From sequence record SRR22947725_5371: DNA of 45,682 bases, one strand, 5' to 3'. Below are positions 38,956-45,682 of the stretch, one piece after another. The first letter of the stretch is position 1. Each line of letters begins with the position of its first letter. Made by a program: the position numbers and the translations under genes. The notes under the pieces are model-generated. The model was not told the origin of the DNA. It made no database searches and saw nothing but the letters and a program-made list of their open reading frames with translations.

Positions 38956-39335
38956 ACCGCCACAATCACCGCAGCCAACAACATCGCAATCGTAGTTCCA
39001 CCCCAGAGCCGCTTCTCTTTTTGGCTCCGAGTTATGTTGTTCGCAATGGCGCTAAGCCCCGCAAAGACCGCGAAGCCCCAGTTAGCGATTGAGTTTCCCG
39101 CCGGGTCCAATAGCGGCGTAAAGACCCCGAGCTGCGCCAGGTAGTGACCGGCAATTGCGAACATGACAAGTGCCGAAAATACGCTGGCAATGCGAAAAGG
39201 TAGCTTCAAGATTCCGGGGTTTTGACCACCATAGGAATACTCGCCCAAGGGGGCGCCAAGAACAATTGCGATTTGAAAAAGTGCGGTTGCGACGTAAGCA
39301 AAAACTAAGAATCCCGCTGCAAATGCGTCGAGCAT
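38952..39335 (-). CDS. Four-TM hypothetical membrane protein
   Basis: Four hydrophobic segments, LGAPLGE..YGG and S..EKRLW motifs. Confidence 0.75.
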   Translation of the reverse strand: MLDAFAAGFLVFAYVATALFQIAIVLGAPLGEYSYGGQNPGILKLPFRIASVFSALVMFAIAGHYLAQLGVFTPLLDPAGNSIANWGFAVFAGLSAIANNITRSQKEKRLWGGTTIAMLLAAVIVAV

Positions 39336-39355
39336 TTAAGCTCCGAATCTGATTG

Positions 39356-39427
39356 CTGGGGTACCTGGACTCGAACCAAGAACAAAGGTACCAGAAACCT
39401 CCGTGTTGCCAATTACACCATACCCCA
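39356..39427 (-). tRNA. tRNA-Gln (CTG)
   Basis: TGGGGTA..TACCCCA acceptor stem, anticodon loop TTCTGGT, GGTTCGAGTCC; directly downstream of gltX; CCA not encoded. Confidence 0.95.
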
Positions 39428-39456
39428 AGGGCGAACCCTGGTCGCAAGCCTCTATC

Positions 39457-40956
39457 TTAGTGGGCCTTGGCAAATGCCTCTAGTCGGGCAAGGGTTACCG
39501 CCCTACCTAAAATCTCCATGCTTTCAAAGAGCGGTGGAGTGACTCTGCGGCCCGAAATAGCGGTTCTCACCACACCGAATGCCACCCTCGGCTTTAGCTC
39601 GGCCTTCTCGATAAGCGCCTGACTAAGAGCTGTCTGAATGGCCTCTGTGGTGAACTCGGCAAGGTCTGCGATTGCATCGTGGGCTAGCTGAGCAATCTTT
39701 CCCGAATCCTCACCCAGCTGGCCGAGGGCATCCTGGTCAAAGCTAATCTCCTCATCGAAAAGGAAACTCACCATGCCGCTCGCCTCACCCAACACTGTGA
39801 TTCGCTCTTGAATAAGTGGCGCAGCCTGCTCCAAAATCCCAAGCTCTCGCTCACTCGGCGTAGACCCGATCACCCCTGCGGACTGAAGATATGGAACAAG
39901 TCGCTCCCTAAAGTCATTTGGTTCCAAGAGCCTGATGTGTGCGGAGTTGATGGCATCGGCCTTCTTCTGGTCAAACCTCGCCGGGTTTGGATTGACATCT
40001 GCAATATCGAAGCTTTCACACATCTCATCGAGGGTGAAGATGTCCCTGTCCGCAGAGATCGACCATCCAAGAAGTGCGAGGTAATTCAGCAGGCCCTCCC
40101 GGATAAACCCTCTGTCGCGGTGAAGGAAGAGATTGCTCTCCGGGTTTCGCTTACTTAGCTTTTTGTTGCCCTCCCCCATTACAAACGGGAGGTGACCAAA
40201 CTTCGGCACAAAGTCCGTGATGCCAGAGTCAACCAGCGCGTTGTATAGAACTATCTGCCTGGGTGTAGAGGAGAGTAGGTCCTCTCCCCTGAGCACGTGG
40301 GTGATTCCCATGAGAGCATCATCAACTGGGTTCACGAGCGTGTAGAGGGGTTGGCCTCCAGGCCTGACCAACACAAAGTCAGGGAAGCTACCGGCCGGGA
40401 ATGTGATCTCTCCCCTTACGAGGTCCGTAAAAGTAATGTCTTCCGCCGGCACCTTGAGCCTGAGAGCCGGCTTTCTGCCTTCGGCAATGTAGCGCTCACG
40501 CTCTGCCTCGGATAGTTCGCGCTCTGAGTTGTCGTAGCCAAGCTGAACGGCCCGACCCGCAGCTTTGTTGCGCTCTTCGATTTCCTCCGCGCTCAGGTAG
40601 CTTTCGTAGAGGTGCCCAGAGGCTTTGAGTTTTTCAATTACATCCAGATAAATCTGGCCACGCTCGCTCTGACGATAGGGTCCTGCAGCCCCGCCAACAT
40701 CGATGCCCTCGTCCCAGTCCAGACCGAGCCAGCGCAGGGCATTAACCAGCTGCTCATAGCTTTCCTCGGTGTCTCTAGCGGCATCGGTGTCCTCAATGCG
40801 AAAGATGAATTTGCCACCGGTTCTTCTCGCATATGCCCAGTTGAAGAGAGCGGTTCGGATAAGCCCAACGTGAGGGGTTCCGGTCGGGCTTGGGCAGAAA
40901 CGAACTCGGATGTCTTTGCCCGAAGCTTTAGTCACGGGCGCATTTAGGGAAGTCAT
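39457..40956 (-). CDS. gltX: Glutamate--tRNA ligase
   Basis: [29 protein letters not shown]; start moved to ATG 40956. Confidence 0.96.
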   Translation of the reverse strand: MTSLNAPVTKASGKDIRVRFCPSPTGTPHVGLIRTALFNWAYARRTGGKFIFRIEDTDAARDTEESYEQLVNALRWLGLDWDEGIDVGGAAGPYRQSERGQIYLDVIEKLKASGHLYESYLSAEEIEERNKAAGRAVQLGYDNSERELSEAERERYIAEGRKPALRLKVPAEDITFTDLVRGEITFPAGSFPDFVLVRPGGQPLYTLVNPVDDALMGITHVLRGEDLLSSTPRQIVLYNALVDSGITDFVPKFGHLPFVMGEGNKKLSKRNPESNLFLHRDRGFIREGLLNYLALLGWSISADRDIFTLDEMCESFDIADVNPNPARFDQKKADAINSAHIRLLEPNDFRERLVPYLQSAGVIGSTPSERELGILEQAAPLIQERITVLGEASGMVSFLFDEEISFDQDALGQLGEDSGKIAQLAHDAIADLAEFTTEAIQTALSQALIEKAELKPRVAFGVVRTAISGRRVTPPLFESMEILGRAVTLARLEAFAKAH

Positions 40957-40970
40957 GATTACCCGAAAGC

Positions 40971-41723
40971 TTATTTGACGAAGCTGTGCAGGGTGCCGAT
41001 TCCCTCGATGCTGCACTGAACGACATCACCGGCTACCACCCTAGAAATCCCCGCGGGTGAGCCTGTCAGGACGATGTCCCCAGGCTCTAATGTGAAGTTT
41101 TGGGAGATGTAAGAGATAAGAAACTCTGGTGAGTAGACCATCTCGGATGTGCTGGCATCCTGCTTTGTCTCACCGTTAATGGTTGAGCTGATTCGCTTGT
41201 TATCGGGCACAAAATCGGTCTCAATCCATGGGCCGACCGGGCAGAAGCTGTCAAAGGCTTTGCTCCGAGCCCACTGCAGGTCCGCGAACTGGATATCTCT
41301 CGCGGTGACATCGTTGGCGACCGTGTAGCCGAGGATATGATCGCCAACATTCTCCTGGGCAATATTCTTGGCCCGCTTGCCAATCACAACCGTCAGCTCC
41401 GCCTCAATCTCTACCTGCTTGGACTGGTGCGGAAGAACTATCTCCTCACCGCTAGCGACAATCGCGCTAGGGGGCTTGAAGAAAATCAGTGGCTCACTTG
41501 GGGTTTCTTGATGTATCTCTGCGGCGTGAGAGGCAAAGTTGAGACCCACGAGAACTATTTTCTTTGGCTCCACAGGGGCCAAAAGCTTCACATCAGCTAG
41601 CGCAAAAATCTCGCCAGACTCCTTGATTTCTGAGAAGGGATCTCCTGCAAGCTGGCGAATCTGCTCGCCCTCTAGGACTCCGAAGCTGGTGCTGTTTCCT
41701 GAGGTGAATCTGACTAGGCGCAT
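40971..41723 (-). CDS. Fumarylacetoacetate hydrolase family protein
   Basis: [31 protein letters not shown]. Confidence 0.92.
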   Translation of the reverse strand: MRLVRFTSGNSTSFGVLEGEQIRQLAGDPFSEIKESGEIFALADVKLLAPVEPKKIVLVGLNFASHAAEIHQETPSEPLIFFKPPSAIVASGEEIVLPHQSKQVEIEAELTVVIGKRAKNIAQENVGDHILGYTVANDVTARDIQFADLQWARSKAFDSFCPVGPWIETDFVPDNKRISSTINGETKQDASTSEMVYSPEFLISYISQNFTLEPGDIVLTGSPAGISRVVAGDVVQCSIEGIGTLHSFVK

Positions 41724-41726
41724 GCG

Positions 41727-42812
41727 CTATCTACTCAGCTTCACCATCCAGCTGTGGCGGTCCGGGACCTTGCCATACTGAATTCCGGTTAGTTCATTCC
41801 TCATCGAAACCGTTATGGGGCCAGGCTCGTTGCCACCAATGACTATTTCTTCCTCGCGGGACTTTAGTAGCCCCACCGGAGTGATGACGGCGGCTGTGCC
41901 GCAGGCGAATACCTCGGTGATCTTGCCTGAGGAGACTGACTCGCGAAGCTCAGCTAGGGACATCTTTTGCTCTTTGACCTCATGACCGCCGTCTCTGAGG
42001 AGCTGTATTACCGAGTCTCTTGTAATGCCGTGAAGGATGGTTCCATCCAGAGGTGGTGTAACCACCGTGCCATCAGCGTGCACAAAGAAGAGGTTCATGC
42101 CGCCAAGCTCTTCGATATAGGTTCCGGTGTCAGCATCTAGGAACAGCACCTGAGAGCAGCCGTTGTCGTTGCCCTCCTGCTGCGCCAAAAGCGATGCTGC
42201 ATAGTTGCCTCCGGTTTTCGCCTCACCAGTGCCATGCTTTCCGGCTCGGGCTGAATCCAGGGCAATCCAGATCGACACCGGCTTGATTCCTCCTGTGAAA
42301 TAGGGGCCAACAGGGGATGCAATGACGCGGTACTCGACTCTGTGTGCCGCTCTCACCCCAAGGAAATTCTCGGCCGCAATCTCGAAGGGCCTGAAATAAA
42401 GCGTCTTTTCGCCCTCGGGTTGTGGCACCCAATCGCCATCGAGTGCGATTAGCTCCGCTAGGGACTGGACAAAGAGCTCGGCAGGCAGCTCCGGTAGCGC
42501 CATTCGCTTGGCAGAACGCTGCAGTCTCGCCGCATTCATGTCAGGTCTAAAGGTCCAGATCGAGCCGTCTTCATGACGATAGGCCTTGATTCCCTCAAAA
42601 ATTTCCTGGCCATAGTGAAGGACAGCCGAGGAGGGGTCCATCATTATCGGTCCGTAGGGAATCACCTGCGCCGAGTGCCAACCCTTGTCCTTTTCCCAGG
42701 TGATAACCACCTGGTGGTCGGTGAAGTGAGTGCCAAAAGTCGGGTTCGCAATTATGCTCTCGCGCTCTGAGGCAGCAAGGGGATTCTGGTTTACCGAAAC
42801 CTGAAACTGCAT
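41727..42812 (-). CDS. ilvE: Branched-chain amino acid aminotransferase
   Basis: LHYGQEIFEGIKAY, AKTGGNYA, EELGGMN, GITR, CGTAAVI. Confidence 0.95.
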   Translation of the reverse strand: MQFQVSVNQNPLAASERESIIANPTFGTHFTDHQVVITWEKDKGWHSAQVIPYGPIMMDPSSAVLHYGQEIFEGIKAYRHEDGSIWTFRPDMNAARLQRSAKRMALPELPAELFVQSLAELIALDGDWVPQPEGEKTLYFRPFEIAAENFLGVRAAHRVEYRVIASPVGPYFTGGIKPVSIWIALDSARAGKHGTGEAKTGGNYAASLLAQQEGNDNGCSQVLFLDADTGTYIEELGGMNLFFVHADGTVVTPPLDGTILHGITRDSVIQLLRDGGHEVKEQKMSLAELRESVSSGKITEVFACGTAAVITPVGLLKSREEEIVIGGNEPGPITVSMRNELTGIQYGKVPDRHSWMVKLSR

Positions 42813-42815
42813 TTT

Positions 42816-43841
42816 CTAAATTCTCTCCAGTATCGCATTAGCGATTTCCGCTGTTCCGCCTGCAGGTTTTGATTCTGCTAGGTAGTCGGATACCGCATCT
42901 TCAATCTTCTTACCTGCTGCCGAATGGCCAAGGGTTCTTGCCAGAAGTGCCGCGGAAAGGATTGCCGCGGTTGGATCAGCCAGGTTTTTTCCGGCGATGT
43001 CTGGAGCTGATCCATGAACGGGTTCGAACATAGAGGGATAAGCCCCTGTGGGGTTTAGGTTAGCGGAAGCAGCCAGCCCAATGCCACCTGATATTGCAGC
43101 TGCGAGGTCGGTGATTATGTCTCCGAAGAGGTTGTCGGTAACAATCACATCGAAGCGCTCTGGGCTATTGACCATATGAATTGTCGCGGCATCGATGTGC
43201 ATGTAGTCGTGGGTTACCTGGGGAAATTCTTTTGCCACTTCCTCGACTACCCGAAGCCAAAGCTTTCCAGCGTGGACAAGCACGTTGGTCTTGTGGACCA
43301 GGGTGAGCTTTTTGCGCTCGCGCGTGTTTGCAAGTTCAAACGCATAGCGAACTGCCCTCGATACTCCGTGGTAGGTGTTTACCGAAACCTCGTTGGCCAG
43401 CTCATGCTCACTGCCCACACGCAAAGCCCCACCATTGCCGACGTAAGGACCCTCGGTCCCCTCGCGAACAACAACGAAATCAATCTCTCTGGCACCGGCT
43501 AGGACCGAGCTCACACCTTCAAAGAGCTTTGTGGGGCGGAGGTTTATGTGATGGTCAAATGCAAACCTAAGCTTCAACAGCAGCCCGCGCTCTAGGACGC
43601 CGGAGGGAACCCTAGGATCCCCTATAGCCCCTAGCAATATCGCGTCATGGCTTCTTAGCTGAGCAAGGTCCTCATCGGTCAATACCTCGCCACCTGCTAG
43701 GTAGCGATTAGCTCCAAGGTCGTAAGTTTTTGTCGCAACGGTTACGCCTTCGAGGGCCTTCTCTAGGGCTTCAAGGGCAACGCTGGTCACCTCAGGACCA
43801 ATGCCGTCTCCGGGGATGACAGCCAGATTTAGCGTGCTCAA
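42816..43841 (-). CDS. leuB: 3-isopropylmalate dehydrogenase
   Basis: [41 protein letters not shown]. Confidence 0.95.
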   Translation of the reverse strand: MSTLNLAVIPGDGIGPEVTSVALEALEKALEGVTVATKTYDLGANRYLAGGEVLTDEDLAQLRSHDAILLGAIGDPRVPSGVLERGLLLKLRFAFDHHINLRPTKLFEGVSSVLAGAREIDFVVVREGTEGPYVGNGGALRVGSEHELANEVSVNTYHGVSRAVRYAFELANTRERKKLTLVHKTNVLVHAGKLWLRVVEEVAKEFPQVTHDYMHIDAATIHMVNSPERFDVIVTDNLFGDIITDLAAAISGGIGLAASANLNPTGAYPSMFEPVHGSAPDIAGKNLADPTAAILSAALLARTLGHSAAGKKIEDAVSDYLAESKPAGGTAEIANAILERI

Positions 43842-43869
43842 GATTGCCTCACAATTTTCTGTGACAACC

Positions 43870-44478
43870 CTATTCGCTTTTGCCTACCCTTGCCCTAAAT
43901 TGCACGTCGATTGCCTCTCTCGGGCCATCTGGGGTTGAAACCTTACGAACTCTTTCGGTCACCCGGTAATTCAACCCATTCGCCTCAGCCCACGACTTGA
44001 GATTCTCTGGATTGACGTTGAGTTCCGGCATTGGTGGACCGCCAAAACCCTCTTTGACATTTCTAAGCGCGTGCCACACACCAAAGATTTCACCCTGTCT
44101 AACTTGCGAAAGCCCGTTGTCTAGCGCCTGGCTCAACTCACTCCACGGAAGTTGGAGGTAGCAAATCAAGAGAAGGCTTGGAGCTAGTTGAAACTTTGCC
44201 GTCTTGGCGTCTGCGTGAGTGGCAATTGACCTATCGGCGACTCCCAGCTGGTTAGCGCGCTCGAGGTACTTATCGAGAGCTACCTGGGAATACTCAACGT
44301 TCTCGGTCTCCCAGCCTCGCTGTGCGAACCAGAGCGCGTTGCGACCCTCGCCCCCTGCCAGATCGACGACATTGCCGGCTGGAAGATTGGCTAGCTCACT
44401 AACGACAAACTGATTTGGTTCGAGTGACCAAACGGTTTCCTGCTGCCGATAGCGGCGATCCCACTCAGCTGAGCTAAT
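43870..44478 (-). CDS. Class I SAM-dependent methyltransferase (TehB/TPMT-like), probable ATT start
   Basis: Frame of the 99-aa track ORF stays open up to 44484: (I)[24 protein letters not shown]...[20 protein letters not shown]; no ATG/GTG/TTG before the conserved N-terminus. Confidence 0.8.
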   Translation of the reverse strand: MSSAEWDRRYRQQETVWSLEPNQFVVSELANLPAGNVVDLAGGEGRNALWFAQRGWETENVEYSQVALDKYLERANQLGVADRSIATHADAKTAKFQLAPSLLLICYLQLPWSELSQALDNGLSQVRQGEIFGVWHALRNVKEGFGGPPMPELNVNPENLKSWAEANGLNYRVTERVRKVSTPDGPREAIDVQFRARVGKSE

Positions 44479-44842
44479 CGGTAACTACCTCTAGGCCGAG
44501 CTGGGTGCTGGCGTTTGCCACCGAACCACCGTTTACAAGCTCTCCTGTAAAGCCGATGCTTTCCATGAAGTCGATTGCCTGACCTGCCCGGTTTCCAGAG
44601 CGGCAGTAAATGTAGTAGTCGGCACTCTTGTCCAAGGTCTCAAGCTGTGCGGCAAAGTCACTGTCAGCAATACCCATGCGGACTGCTCCTGCCAGGTGGC
44701 CTGAATTCCATTCCTCTGGGGTGCGGACGTCGATGATTGCTGCGTAGTCCTGTGGGTTCATTTCTTCCGGTGCACATCCTGTTAGGCCGAATACGGCAAC
44801 TAGGGCAATTATGCCAGCGGCAAGAGTCTTCAAGAGCTTCAC
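44474..44842 (-). CDS. Rhodanese-domain lipoprotein
   Basis: GTG 44842 after AAAGGA SD; signal MKLLK..LTGC lipobox; IDVRTPEEW..GH, active loop YCRSGNRA. Confidence 0.88.
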   Translation of the reverse strand: MKLLKTLAAGIIALVAVFGLTGCAPEEMNPQDYAAIIDVRTPEEWNSGHLAGAVRMGIADSDFAAQLETLDKSADYYIYCRSGNRAGQAIDFMESIGFTGELVNGGSVANASTQLGLEVVTD

Positions 44843-44858
44843 GGTGGTTCCTTTCCAG

Positions 44859-44874
44859 ATACCCCCTAGGGTAT
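44859..44874. promoter_or_regulatory. CsoR/CstR-type operator palindrome
   Basis: ATACCC-CCTA-GGGTAT, a C-tract/G-tract inverted repeat between the divergent rhodanese and repressor genes. Confidence 0.8.
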
Positions 44875-44896
44875 GTGCTATAGTCAAGTAAGTCAA
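44868..44896 (-). promoter_or_regulatory. SigA-type promoter of the rhodanese-methyltransferase unit
   Basis: TTGACT (44896-44891), 17 nt, TACCCT (44873-44868); the -10 lies inside the operator. Confidence 0.6.
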
Positions 44897-44914
44897 GTTC
44901 GAATGGAGCGTGTT

Positions 44915-45172
44915 ATGGAGATTCCAGCACCGGAGATCGACTCTGTAAAGAAGCGTCTTGCAAGGGCCCAGGGCCAGCTAGGCGGAATTATCAAAATGCT
45001 CGAGGAGGGTCGTGAGTGCACAGATGTACTGACCCAGCTCGCAGCGGCAAACTCGGCGATTAGCCGCGCTGCGTTTTCCCTCATCGCCTCCGGCATCGCA
45101 AACTGCGCGTCAAGCGAAGAGGGCGATGCTGACCGGGCAAAACTTGAAAAAGCTTTCCTTTCACTGAGCTAG
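44915..45172 (+). CDS. CsoR-family repressor, CstR-like (persulfide-sensing type)
   Basis: RL.RA.GQL.GI.KMLEEGRECTDVLTQLAA; second Cys in SGIANC without the Cu-binding His; GGAG SD before ATG 44915; extended -10 TGcTATAGT upstream. Confidence 0.85.
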   Translation: MEIPAPEIDSVKKRLARAQGQLGGIIKMLEEGRECTDVLTQLAAANSAISRAAFSLIASGIANCASSEEGDADRAKLEKAFLSLS

Positions 45173-45182
45173 GAAGAAGTAA

Positions 45183-45682
45183 ATGAAGGTAGCAATCGTT
45201 GGCGGCGTCGCGGGCGGAATGTCCACCGCCACCAGGCTGAGAAGGCTCCGTGAGGATGCCGAGATCATTGTTTTTGAGCAGGGACCACACGTCTCCTATG
45301 CAAACTGCGGTTTGCCGTATCACATTGGTGAGGTCATCCCCGCCGAGAAGGACCTACTACTGCAGACTCCTAAGTCCTTAGGTGATCGCTTTCGCCTCGA
45401 CGTCAGGGTTCACTCGCGAGTAGTTGGAATCGACCGCGACTCTAAGACGGTGAGCGTAAAAAACCTCGAAACCGGAGAGGAATATCTCGAGAGCTTTGAT
45501 TCTCTCGTCCTATCCACAGGCGCTAAGCCGCGGATGGTTCCGATACCGGGACTCGAGCGTGCCAAAGTCCTAAGGGACGTCCAAGATGCAGTTGAAATAA
45601 AGCAGCTCGTGGACGAAAAGCAGATTTCCTCGGCAGCAATTATTGGTGCGGGCTTTATCGGTGTCGAACTTGCTGAGAACCT
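45183..45682 (+). CDS. CoA-disulfide/persulfide reductase family flavoprotein, 5' partial, absent from the ORF track
   Basis: Manual translation MKVAIVGGVAGGMSTATRLRR..SYANCGLPY..LSTGA..IIGAGFIGVELAEN. Confidence 0.9.
   Translation, partial: MKVAIVGGVAGGMSTATRLRRLREDAEIIVFEQGPHVSYANCGLPYHIGEVIPAEKDLLLQTPKSLGDRFRLDVRVHSRVVGIDRDSKTVSVKNLETGEEYLESFDSLVLSTGAKPRMVPIPGLERAKVLRDVQDAVEIKQLVDEKQISSAAIIGAGFIGVELAEN

Noticed and set aside
39082-39447. 121-aa minus-strand ORF
   Set aside because: Runs through tRNA-Gln and out of frame over the membrane protein gene
43849-43864. TCACA-N6-TGTGA as a CRP/GlxR site
   Set aside because: Half-sites are in the opposite order to TGTGA-N6-TCACA
44915-45172. 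Copper-sensing CsoR
   Set aside because: Cu-ligand His missing; neighbours are sulfur enzymes, not copA/copZ

Overview
Gene-dense core chromosome segment of a genome-streamlined actinobacterium. Gene order and sequences fit Microbacteriaceae, probably a Luna-cluster Aquiluna/Rhodoluna-like organism (inferred). Left to right: partial tRNA-fMet; the conserved UPF0182 / PDZ-Lon / zincin / ThiF-like / uvrD2 / APH-like / adnB-adnA block; DUF3107, ferritin-like protein, DEAD-box helicase, PHP, pepP, mgtE-N/DUF1003/mrp, aldehyde dehydrogenase, tatB, O-methyltransferase, DUF3117, dapE/dapD; thiL, ddl-gpsA-plsC-murA-leuD-leuC; MFS, tRNA-Glu, DAG kinase, MBL hydrolase, tRNA-Gln, gltX-FAH-ilvE-leuB. The right end holds a divergent sulfur module: CstR-like repressor plus CoA-disulfide/persulfide reductase on one side, rhodanese lipoprotein plus a SAM methyltransferase on the other. 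No mobile elements or CRISPR arrays were seen. Highlights: the sulfur module with its operator, an apparent ATT start for the methyltransferase, a PafBC-type (RecA-NDp) promoter before adnAB, minimal bidirectional leaderless promoters, and two likely pseudo-enzymes.
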